Of a stretch of DNA of 43,675 nucleotides, positions 36,145 through 43,675 are shown piece by piece. The stretch lies in NCBI GenBank assembly GCA_964601135.1, contig CAZRMD010000004.1, forward strand, positions 1 to 43,675, read 5' to 3'. The notes below the pieces were generated by a model. That model saw only the letters and a list, made by a program, of their open reading frames with translations, was not told the DNA's origin and did no database searches. The DNA is from an uncultured Actinomycetes bacterium (lineage in GTDB: Bacteria; Chloroflexota; Dormibacteria; CF-121). The position numbers were made by a program, and so were the translations under genes. Position 1 is the stretch's first letter; every line of letters begins with the position of its first letter.

Positions 36145-37454
36145 GCCCAGATCATGCTCGCTTCGCTGAGGTTGACCAGCTGGCCGTCGTGGACGACAGG
36201 CTTGCCTTCGACGAAGAGATGCTGTACCGGGCCAGGATTGCATAACACCAGTGCCGCGACCGGATCCGCTTCGGCGCCGCGGAACGCCAGCCCATCGACG
36301 GCGAAAAGCGCGATATCCGCCCGCTTGCCGACTTCGATCGAGCCGACGTCATCGCGGCCCAGGCAAGCTGCGCCGCCACGAGTCGCGACCCGCAAGGCGT
36401 CACGGGCCGTCATCGCAGCCGGTCCCTTGCGACCTCTGGTCGTGAGCAGCGCCTGCCGGACCTCGGCGAGCAGATTGCCGCTGTCGTTCGAAGCCGAGCC
36501 GTCGACCGCCAGCCCGACGGTGACTTCGTTGTCGAGCATCTCCCGCGCGGGAGCGAAGCCCGAACCCAGTCGCATATTCGAAGTCGGACACCAGGCAACG
36601 CCGGTGCGCGTGGCGGCCAGCCGTCGAATGTCATCGGCGCTGACGTGAACGCAATGGGCCAGCCACACGTCCGGGCCGACGAACCCGAAGTCTTCGAGCA
36701 GTTCGATGGGCCGGCGCTGGAACGTCTGCTGGCAGTAGGCCTCCTCATCCAGCGTTTCGGCGATGTGGGTGTGGAGCCGGACACCGCGCCGCCGGGCGAG
36801 CGCGGCTGATTCCTCCATCAGCTGCGGCGACACCGAGAATGGCGAGCATGGACCGACCGCGATCCGCAACATCGAGCCGGGCGCCGGATCATGAAATTGA
36901 CTGATCGCTTGGTCGGTCGCCGACAGGATGTTGTCGATGTCTTCGACGACACTGTCCGGTGGCAGCCCGCCTTTTGATTGGCCCAGGTCCATCGACCCGC
37001 GGCACGGATGGAATCGCATGCCCAGCTGGTCCGCCACCTCGATCTCAGCTTCCAGCAGCCCGGTCGCGCCGGCAGGGAAGACGTAGTGGTGATCCGTCGT
37101 TGTCGAGCAGCCACTCAAAGCGAGCTCTGCCAGGCCGACCTCGGCGGCGGTACGCTCCCAGTCCGAATCGATCGTCGCCCAGATCGGATAGAGCTCACGC
37201 AGCCAGTCGAAGAGCCCGCCCTGCTGGGCGCGGACGCGGGTCAGTGTCTGGTAGAGGTGGTGATGAGTATTGATCAGACCGGGGATAGCAACGAGGCCGT
37301 GGCCATCGATCGTGTCCGGTCGTTCGCGAACCGGCGGCCGGCCCTGGCCAATCCAGCTGATGATGCCGCCGTCGATGAGGATCGACGCATTTTCGAGCTC
37401 CGTCCCCGCTTCATCCATGGTGACAACGGCGCGGCATTTTTCCAGCAGGATCAC
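36141..37454 (-). CDS. Amidohydrolase, 8-oxoguanine deaminase / guanine deaminase-like
   Basis: PGLINTHHHLYQTLTR, LYPIW, TTDHHY, LHTHIAETLDEE, WLAHCVH, CPTSNMRLGSG and AVDGSASND closely match my recollection of the 8-oxoguanine deaminase (PA0142-type) family. GTG 37454 overlaps the Fe-S subunit stop (GTGA). Confidence 0.75.
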   Translation of the reverse strand: MILLEKCRAVVTMDEAGTELENASILIDGGIISWIGQGRPPVRERPDTIDGHGLVAIPGLINTHHHLYQTLTRVRAQQGGLFDWLRELYPIWATIDSDWERTAAEVGLAELALSGCSTTTDHHYVFPAGATGLLEAEIEVADQLGMRFHPCRGSMDLGQSKGGLPPDSVVEDIDNILSATDQAISQFHDPAPGSMLRIAVGPCSPFSVSPQLMEESAALARRRGVRLHTHIAETLDEEAYCQQTFQRRPIELLEDFGFVGPDVWLAHCVHVSADDIRRLAATRTGVAWCPTSNMRLGSGFAPAREMLDNEVTVGLAVDGSASNDSGNLLAEVRQALLTTRGRKGPAAMTARDALRVATRGGAACLGRDDVGSIEVGKRADIALFAVDGLAFRGAEADPVAALVLCNPGPVQHLFVEGKPVVHDGQLVNLSEASMIWA

Positions 37455-37921
37455 GCGTCGCCTCGCAGCCGCGCGGCCGCCAGGTTGACGGCGTCGAGAA
37501 TTTTTTGATAGCCGGTGCAGCGGCAGATGTTGCCGCTGAGGGCTTCCTTTACCGTCGCCACACTTGGATCCGGTTCCTTTGCGAGCAGGTCGGTGACCGC
37601 CACGACGAAGCCCGGCGTGCAGAAGCCGCATTGCACCGCACCGGTCTCGATAAACGCCTCCTGGACGGCATGGAGACGGCCGTCGTCGTTCAAGCTCTCG
37701 ATAGTCCGGACGTCACGATCGTGTGCCTGCGCGGCCAGTACCAGGCAGCTGCATACAAGGGCGCCGTCGAGCCAGACGGAGCACGAGCCGCACTCGCCCT
37801 GCTCGCAGGCATTCTTCGAGCCGTACAGCCCCACGCCATCGCGTAGAAAGGTGAGGAGGCTCGTGCCGCGCCAGACATCGGCCTCGCGCCACTCGCCGTT
37901 GACGCGCGTCCTTACAACCAC
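37451..37921 (-). CDS. Xanthine dehydrogenase family, [2Fe-2S] small subunit
   Basis: CEQGECGSCSVWLDG...C (plant-type cluster), CGFCTPGF and NICRCTGYQKI (second cluster). Confidence 0.9.
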   Translation of the reverse strand: MVVRTRVNGEWREADVWRGTSLLTFLRDGVGLYGSKNACEQGECGSCSVWLDGALVCSCLVLAAQAHDRDVRTIESLNDDGRLHAVQEAFIETGAVQCGFCTPGFVVAVTDLLAKEPDPSVATVKEALSGNICRCTGYQKILDAVNLAAARLRGDA

Positions 37922-38790
37922 GTCGGCAGTTTCCGCTCCTTGAGCGCCCAGATCAGCGCCCGCCGGGCGAGCACCCGGCAGGCGTGCCGGCGGTAGGCGG
38001 CGGTGCCGCGCACATCATCGAGCGGCCTCGCCGCGGCCGCGACCAGCTCGGCAAATTCGGTGACGGCGCTCTCCGGCAGGGTCGCCGAAGGATCCGGCCA
38101 GGCTCCGGCGCTCTGCAGCGCTGCTGAAATGTAGTCCTCTGCCTGGGTGGCGCGGATGATCGTGGGACCGACGCTTCCGAGCGCGACCTTCACCCGCCGT
38201 TGGTCTTCGTCCATGACCAGGCAGAGGCCAGCGACAGCAATGACCATGGCATTGCGGGTTCCGATCTTCGAGAAGCTGCCAGGTCCCCGCTGGCGCTTCC
38301 AGCGCGAACCGATGATCAGCTCGTCGGGGGCGATCGCCGTCTTCTTGGGGCCGGTCAGGAATTGATGCCAGGGGAGCACGCGCTCGCCGCGGGCGCGGCT
38401 GCGCAGGACGACGTCGGCGTCGTAAACGGCGAGCACCGGCAAGGCATCGCCGGCGGGTGAGGCCGTGCCCAGGTTGCCTCCAACAGTGCCGCGGTTGCGG
38501 ATCTGTGGAGAGCCCACCGAACGGGATGCCTCGACCAGCGGTTTGAAAGCGGCCAAATCGTTGACGATGGCGTGGTAGGTGACGCCCGAACCAAGGAAGA
38601 CGTGGCCATCCTCCTGCTGCAGGGTGGAGAGTTCGGCGAGCTGGCTGACATCGATCATCGCCGGAGGCCGCAGCCGACCGAAGTTCACGTCGACCATGAC
38701 GTCGGTGCCGCCCGCAATGGGCAGCGCCTCCGGCCGATCGGCCTTCATGACCAGCGCCTCCTCGAGCGAGTGCGGAAGCAGCACGTCCAT
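37912..38790 (-). CDS. Xanthine dehydrogenase family, FAD-binding medium subunit
   Basis: LPIAGGTDVMVDV and RNRGTVGGNLGTASPAGD (CoxM/XdhB-type FAD-binding domain). Confidence 0.85.
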   Translation of the reverse strand: MDVLLPHSLEEALVMKADRPEALPIAGGTDVMVDVNFGRLRPPAMIDVSQLAELSTLQQEDGHVFLGSGVTYHAIVNDLAAFKPLVEASRSVGSPQIRNRGTVGGNLGTASPAGDALPVLAVYDADVVLRSRARGERVLPWHQFLTGPKKTAIAPDELIIGSRWKRQRGPGSFSKIGTRNAMVIAVAGLCLVMDEDQRRVKVALGSVGPTIIRATQAEDYISAALQSAGAWPDPSATLPESAVTEFAELVAAAARPLDDVRGTAAYRRHACRVLARRALIWALKERKLPTWL

Positions 38791-38800
38791 TGCTGAGTGA

Positions 38801-40039
38801 TTACTTTATCTGCGCTGCAGCGCGCCGAACGGCACGCAGAAGCGCGCGAGCCCCGAGAACGAGGTGCGCTTCGGCGGTGGTTTCCTGGGGCGCATGGCTC
38901 ACCCCATTCACGCTTGGCACGAACAGCATGCCGGTCGGCACGTGGTGGGATAGTACGGCGGCATCGTGGCCGGCGCCACTCCACACACGCCCCGGCTGCT
39001 TGGCAAGGTCGCGGCAGGCTGCCTCGATGACCTCCATCTGCTCCGCATTCATCGGCGCCGGTGGTACCCAGGAGAGGAGTTCGCTTTCTGCGGAGCAGCC
39101 CTCCTCGTCGCAAATGTTCTGTAGCCGCCGCGCAAACGCCTCGACGATGCGACGGACGGTCGGTTCTTGCAGATGGCGGACTTCGACCGTGAACGAAGCC
39201 CGCCCGGGAATGATGTTCACGCCACCCGGCTCGAACGTCATGACGCCGATGTTGGCCACGGCATCGCGGTCGATCTCCTCGACCACCTCGCGCAGGCCGG
39301 CGGCGGCGCGGGTGGCGGCCCGCCCGGCGTCGTGGCGCAAGCGGAACGGCGTCGTCCCGGCGTGATTCTGGGCGCCGATCACCCGGACTCGCTGGCGGTG
39401 GACGCCGACGATGCCAGTCACGACTGCCAGCTCAAGCTTCTGGGTCTCCATCCGCGGTCCCTGCTCGATGTGGAGCTCGATGAATGCCGCGACCGACGAG
39501 AGGTGATCGCGCGCATCTGGTAGCCGCTCGAGCTCGCGGCCGGCATGAGCGAGCACCTGCTCGATGGGCGTGCCCTCACAGTCCTTCACGTCGCGCAGCT
39601 GCTCCAGGTTGAGGTCACCGGTCAGGGCCAGGCTTCCGATCAGCCCGACGGCGAATCGGACCCCTTCCTCATCGGCAAACCCGACCACCTCCACACGGTC
39701 GGCGACGTCATCGCCCGACTCGGCCAGGGTGCGCGCCACCTCCAGCGCGGCGACGGCTCCATAGGCTCCATCAAACCGGCCACCATTGGGCACGCTGTCG
39801 AGGTGCGACCCGGTCAGCACGAATGGGCCGCGCGCGCCGGGGAGATGGCCAAAGACGTTCAGCGCCGGGTCAACCCGAGGCTCGAGACTAGCTTCGCGGA
39901 TCCGATCCGTGAACCAGCGGCGGCCGGCAATGTCTGCATCCGACCACGCGATGCGGTTGATTCCGCCGTCCGGGAGGGCACCGATTTTTGACAGCGCGTC
40001 GAGGTCGGCGAGCAGGCGCTCCGCGTTGATGTCGTTCAT
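38801..40039 (-). CDS. allC: Allantoate amidohydrolase / N-carbamoyl-L-amino-acid hydrolase (M20 family)
   Basis: GSHLDSVPNGGRFDGAYG, FADEEGVRF and AQNHAGTTPF. ATG 40039 forms an ATGA overlap with the upstream amidohydrolase stop and is preferred over TTG 40057. Confidence 0.8.
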   Translation of the reverse strand: MNDINAERLLADLDALSKIGALPDGGINRIAWSDADIAGRRWFTDRIREASLEPRVDPALNVFGHLPGARGPFVLTGSHLDSVPNGGRFDGAYGAVAALEVARTLAESGDDVADRVEVVGFADEEGVRFAVGLIGSLALTGDLNLEQLRDVKDCEGTPIEQVLAHAGRELERLPDARDHLSSVAAFIELHIEQGPRMETQKLELAVVTGIVGVHRQRVRVIGAQNHAGTTPFRLRHDAGRAATRAAAGLREVVEEIDRDAVANIGVMTFEPGGVNIIPGRASFTVEVRHLQEPTVRRIVEAFARRLQNICDEEGCSAESELLSWVPPAPMNAEQMEVIEAACRDLAKQPGRVWSGAGHDAAVLSHHVPTGMLFVPSVNGVSHAPQETTAEAHLVLGARALLRAVRRAAAQIK

Positions 40040-41412
40040 CGGCCGGCGGACTCCCAATTAAATGGCTCGCATTTCTGGAAGCGGCCAAAACCGGGCCGAC
40101 CAACGACTTCGCCGTCGCGGTAGATGACCTCGCCACGGACAATGGTCGTCGTTACCCGCCCGGTCACCCTCAAACCCTCGTAGGGGGAGAATCCGGCTCG
40201 GCTGTGGAGTTCGGACGCTGCCAATGACCGTTCGGGTCGCGGATCGAAGATGACGATATCGGCGTCGAAACCAGGAGCGATGTTGCCTTTGCGCGGCCAG
40301 AGCCCGAAGATCTTCGAGGGATTCGCACTCAGCAGGCGGACCACCTCCGGAAGCCCAAGCTCGCCCGGCTTCACACCAAACGAATACAGCAACAGAAGCG
40401 ACGTTTCGACACCGGGAATCCCCGGGCTGACCTTGGTGAAGTCATCGATGCCTGCTCGATCCGCGAGCGCAAACCCGCAGTGATCACTGCCGATGGTCTG
40501 GATATCGCCGCGCTCCAGTCGTTGCCACAACCCAGTCCGGCTCTGGGCATCGCGCAAGGGCGGAGTCATAACGTAACGAGCCGCATCCGGACCGTCATAG
40601 CGCGAATCATCGAGCACCAGGTAATGCGGGCACGTCTCGGCAATGGCGTGGATGCCCGCCTGGCGCGCCTCGCTGACCAGCTCGACGGCGAGCGGCGTCG
40701 ATAGGTGGACGAAGTAAACAGAGCTGCCCGTGGCGCGGCTGAACAGCAGGCCACGGGCGACCGCCTCGGCTTCGGCGGCAGCGGGCCGCGCCGCGGCGTG
40801 ATAACGCAGTGACCGCTTTCCGGCGTCAACCAGCTGTCGCGCCATGCCCTCGACGATCGCGTCGTTCTCCGCATGGACCTGGACCAGCAGACCGGTGCGG
40901 CCCGATCGTTCCATCAGCCGGTACCACGTCCAGTCGTCTGCGTAGAAGATCGTGTCGCGATAGGTCGTGTAGATCTTCGCGCTGGTGACGCCCGACGCAA
41001 CGAGTTCGTCGAGATCCCGCTCCCACCCGCTGACCAGCTGGCTGATGCTCAGATGGATGCCGTAATCAACGTAGGAACGCCCATCGATGAGCTGGCGTCG
41101 TGCCGCGACCGAGTCGAGGAAGCGCTGTCCCTTGAGCTGTGGGACGAACTCGAGGTATGTCGTCACGCCGCCGGCCGCCGCTGACGCGGAGCCGCTGGTG
41201 TAATCGTCTGCCGTGCGGGCGGTGCCGGTGTCGAGCAGCAGGTGGGTATGGGGATCGACGACACCGGGCAGCACCAGGAGTTCGTCCGCATCGATCACGT
41301 CGTCATCTCGATCGATGCCGGGCCGCACCTCCGCGATCTTTCCGTCACGCACCAGCACATCCGCGGGGCGCTCGCCGTCCGCGGTCACGACGGTCCCGCC
41401 ACGGATCAGCAC
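40036..41412 (-). CDS. Cyclic amidohydrolase (dihydropyrimidinase/hydantoinase/allantoinase family); allantoinase role inferred from context
   Basis: PGVVDPHTHL (HxH), GVTSAKIYTTY (putative carbamylated Lys), VHAEN, and IGSDHCGF. It is the first gene of the purine operon and starts at a GTG. Confidence 0.75.
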   Translation of the reverse strand: MLIRGGTVVTADGERPADVLVRDGKIAEVRPGIDRDDDVIDADELLVLPGVVDPHTHLLLDTGTARTADDYTSGSASAAAGGVTTYLEFVPQLKGQRFLDSVAARRQLIDGRSYVDYGIHLSISQLVSGWERDLDELVASGVTSAKIYTTYRDTIFYADDWTWYRLMERSGRTGLLVQVHAENDAIVEGMARQLVDAGKRSLRYHAAARPAAAEAEAVARGLLFSRATGSSVYFVHLSTPLAVELVSEARQAGIHAIAETCPHYLVLDDSRYDGPDAARYVMTPPLRDAQSRTGLWQRLERGDIQTIGSDHCGFALADRAGIDDFTKVSPGIPGVETSLLLLYSFGVKPGELGLPEVVRLLSANPSKIFGLWPRKGNIAPGFDADIVIFDPRPERSLAASELHSRAGFSPYEGLRVTGRVTTTIVRGEVIYRDGEVVGRPGFGRFQKCEPFNWESAGR

Positions 41413-41482
41413 GGCAGACCCACGATTTCGAAAGTTTGCGCTGGAGCGGCCCGGGTGGGTAGCTTCATCTTGAGGTCAGGCC

Positions 41483-42028
41483 GTGGGGCTTTCCGTCGTA
41501 TCCGCCGCTTTTGGAGCCGTAGCCTTCGTGGGCGGTTTTCTGGCGCGCATCGGGCTGTGGAGGGGCCGATGGGTTGAAAACTATCGGAATCCACTTCTCC
41601 CGGCCATGACCCGCAATGGTGTGCTGGCGCTGCTCCCATGGGGTCTCGGCTTCCTCCTGTTCAGCCCCGACCTTCAGTGTGGGGGCGATAATTTTGGACG
41701 CATCCCGTGGTGCACCAGCGCCGCGGACCCAATCACTCTTCTGGCCGGCCTTGTCTTGATCGGTGTCGGTGTTTTCGTCGCTTTCTTCGCACCTGAATGG
41801 TCGAAACCGGCCTGGCTGCGGGAGGCCGAACGCAATAACTGGGAGGGATATCGACCGTCAAGTGACCACCGCCTTGGGTATGCGATCGCCCTCGCCGCCA
41901 TCGTCGTCCTCGGTGGCGCCATCTTTGTCATTGGGCCGGGGACTCCGGCTGAGTGGACAGGACCGATCCTGATTGCATTTGGCCTCGGAGGCGGCCTGCT
42001 CGTGAGCCGAACACAGCCGCGCTCATAG
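41483..42028 (+). CDS. Hypothetical integral membrane protein (4-5 TM helices)
   Basis: Hydrophobic segments VVSAAFGAVAFVGGFLARI, VLALLPWGLGFLLF, LLAGLVLIGVGVFVAFF, AIALAAIVVLGGAIFVI and ILIAFGLGGGLLV. GAGG lies 8 nt upstream of GTG 41483. Confidence 0.5.
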   Translation: MGLSVVSAAFGAVAFVGGFLARIGLWRGRWVENYRNPLLPAMTRNGVLALLPWGLGFLLFSPDLQCGGDNFGRIPWCTSAADPITLLAGLVLIGVGVFVAFFAPEWSKPAWLREAERNNWEGYRPSSDHRLGYAIALAAIVVLGGAIFVIGPGTPAEWTGPILIAFGLGGGLLVSRTQPRS

Positions 42029-42613
42029 CGGCCTCTGCCAGGGTAGCCGCCCTTTCGCATCGAACTCAGCGTTGAGGCGCTCAACCCGCCGGCCAAGCTC
42101 TGCCTTGGCTTCGGTTACGGACACGTGGCTTCGCAGTCCGAGCCGGTTGGCCCAGTGGGACCAGCTCTCCAGCGTTTTGGCATGCCGGCCGCTCTCGGTG
42201 TGGATCTGGGCTCCCACGACGAGCAACCTACGCTCTAAATCGAGGGCGGAGCTCGACACTCGCGCGCCCGCGAGCCGACTGCGTGGATCGTCCGTCCGAA
42301 TGAGCCTGTTGCGGCGCACCAGATCCAGGAGGTGTTGCGCCCCAGGACTCAAGGCGCGAACCTGCCATGGTGCGTTGCTTCGGCCGATGGCGTAGACGTG
42401 GGACCACAGCGAGCGATGCACGAAGGTCACTTTGCCATTCAGCAGTTTCAAGAGCACGACATCGGAGCGATCGGCCAGCCGATGACTTTCGTGGTAGATG
42501 GCCGTCCCGCTCGGATGACCCCACCACGAGCCGGCAATTGGCTTGCCGGCAACCAGGCTGACAAGACTTGGCAACCTCGGGTCGGATGCCAGCAGAAGGC
42601 CATATCGCCGCAA
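42023..42613 (-). CDS. Hypothetical protein
   Basis: A 196-aa ORF with coding-like composition. No family confidently recognised. Confidence 0.4.
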   Translation of the reverse strand: MRRYGLLLASDPRLPSLVSLVAGKPIAGSWWGHPSGTAIYHESHRLADRSDVVLLKLLNGKVTFVHRSLWSHVYAIGRSNAPWQVRALSPGAQHLLDLVRRNRLIRTDDPRSRLAGARVSSSALDLERRLLVVGAQIHTESGRHAKTLESWSHWANRLGLRSHVSVTEAKAELGRRVERLNAEFDAKGRLPWQRPL

Positions 42614-42647
42614 AACGGCCAGCGCAGCATCGCGGCCGCGTGAGGAC

Positions 42648-42851
42648 TCAGGCGCCGATTTCGTAGAGGTTGCCGGGATCGAGGTCGAGGCCGTTGACCA
42701 CCTGCCACAGCGCAGCCACGGCTTTCAGCGCGTTGCGCCGCTCGAAGGGAGCAAGGTCATTGCTCTCCTTCAGCACGCGCACCAGCGACTGGTAAGACTC
42801 AACCAGGGTCCGCTCCGACGCGTTCAGCTCGACGCCCATCGCATTCTTCAT
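42648..42851 (-). CDS. Small hypothetical protein (67 aa) translationally coupled to the PaaK-like ligase
   Basis: ATGA overlap with the upstream ligase stop (42848-42851). The composition looks helical. No family recognised. Confidence 0.45.
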   Translation of the reverse strand: MKNAMGVELNASERTLVESYQSLVRVLKESNDLAPFERRNALKAVAALWQVVNGLDLDPGNLYEIGA

Positions 42852-43675
42852 GCCGTCACCCTCCGCTCGCCGGCCGTGCCGATGACGATCCGATCATCCT
42901 GCAGCCGTTTGGCTTTCAGCTCGAAGCGCGGCAGGCTGCCATTCTCAACCTTTTTCACGCCGAAACGCAGGCCCTCGTGTGCCTGGGCGAGCGCCTTGCC
43001 CAGCTCGGTCAGAATGCGATCCGGATTGACGCCGGTGCGCTCCGGTATTTCGACCAGCACCTCGATCTCGTCCTGGCGCCCGTCGGCCGTATAGAGATGG
43101 ATGCGGAACTCATCAATCTCTTTGAACTCGCGGACAATGGCCTCGACGGCTCGCGGGTAAACGTTCGTCCCGCGAACCAGCTTCATATCGTCGACCCGGC
43201 CACGGATGCCGCCTTCATAGAGGTCGAAGGTGCGGCCGCAGCTGCAGGTGTTGGCCGGCACGCGGACGACCAAATCGCGGGTGCGATATCGCAGCACGGG
43301 GATGAAGCCCCGGCCGAATGACGTGATCAGCCGCTCGCCCAGCTCGCCGTAACCCACCGGGTTGCCGCTCTCCGGGTCGACCACCTCTTCGATGAAGTGG
43401 TCCTCAATGATGTGCGTGCCGCCCGGCTGCTTCTCGCACTCGAAGATCATGATGGTGCCGACCTCGGTCATGCCGGCGGTGTCTCCGCACTTGGCGCCCC
43501 ACGCCTCTTCGAGCTGACGCTTGACGGCGGGTATGGAGCCGGCCGGCTCGCCGGAGAGGATCAGCTTGTTGACCTTGCTGTCCGTGGCGAGGTTCACGCC
43601 CATCTCGCTGGCAACCTGCCACATGCGCAGGGCGTAGGTCGGCGTGGAGCAGACGGTTGTCACGCCCATCTCGAC
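42848..43675 (-). CDS. Phenylacetate-CoA ligase (PaaK) / coenzyme F390 synthetase-like adenylate-forming enzyme, C-terminal part; 5' end outside the window
   Basis: LILSGEPAGSIPAVK, TEVGTIMIFEC, VLRYRTRDL and GRVDDMKLVRGTNVYP. The ORF is open to the window edge. Confidence 0.8.
   Translation of the reverse strand, partial: VEMGVTTVCSTPTYALRMWQVASEMGVNLATDSKVNKLILSGEPAGSIPAVKRQLEEAWGAKCGDTAGMTEVGTIMIFECEKQPGGTHIIEDHFIEEVVDPESGNPVGYGELGERLITSFGRGFIPVLRYRTRDLVVRVPANTCSCGRTFDLYEGGIRGRVDDMKLVRGTNVYPRAVEAIVREFKEIDEFRIHLYTADGRQDEIEVLVEIPERTGVNPDRILTELGKALAQAHEGLRFGVKKVENGSLPRFELKAKRLQDDRIVIGTAGERRVTA

Noticed and set aside
41426-41433. The perfect 8-nt palindrome TTTCGAAA, 14 nt upstream of the first gene of the purine operon, as a possible operator.
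   Set aside because: It is too short to distinguish from chance, no regulator gene is present, and there is no second copy in the window. It is worth rechecking only if a PucR/AllR-type motif is defined for this organism.

Overview
This is a high-GC, densely coding bacterial chromosomal segment. I found no rRNA, tRNA, CRISPR array, transposase or integrase. Several traits point to a Terrabacteria-type (Actinomycetota/Chloroflexota-like) organism, though taxonomy cannot be fixed from the sequence alone: an LLM-class oxidoreductase, two Mca/MshB-like LmbE deacetylases, an SCO1664+DUF3090 pair, many leaderless-looking starts, and a Gram-positive-type SOS box. From left to right the window holds: (1) an aminotransferase 3' end; (2) a tightly packed methyltransferase / LOG-like / PLD-like / CtaG-like block; (3) the SCO1664-family + DUF3090 pair; (4) a NarL-type two-component system; (5) aspartate ammonia-lyase; (6) MOSC, amidohydrolase, cupin, MFS, LmbE and NUDIX genes; (7) a stand-alone 19-codon Lys/Arg-rich micro-ORF with a perfect SD and a perfect terminator, absent from the ORF track; (8) a minus-strand cluster (SplB/Rv2578c-type radical SAM, Zn-ribbon protein, MBL-fold exonuclease-like protein) preceded by a good SOS (LexA/Cheo) box; (9) an etfB-etfA-LmbE-sirtuin operon with overlapping stop/start codons; (10) a bicupin-aminotransferase-double-Zn-ribbon operon; (11) an acyl-CoA-type catabolic island (OCD-like, SDR, ACAD, enoyl-CoA hydratase, RidA, LLM, salicylyl-CoA 5-hydroxylase-like bifunctional flavoprotein); (12) a CHRD protein and an FmdB Zn-ribbon micro-ORF; (13) a ten-gene minus-strand purine-catabolism operon (cyclic amidohydrolase, allantoate amidohydrolase, three xanthine dehydrogenase subunits interrupted by an 8-oxoguanine/guanine deaminase-like gene, HIU hydrolase, OHCU decarboxylase, uricase, DUF3830) facing an adenine/adenosine deaminase; (14) a PaaK-like ligase 3' part at the right edge. 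Most long ORFs in the track that overlap these genes on the other strand or in other frames are high-GC artefacts. No classical defence or mobile system is visible. The most novel-looking items are the micro-ORF, the putative SOS-controlled repair module next to it, and the unusual operon architectures.
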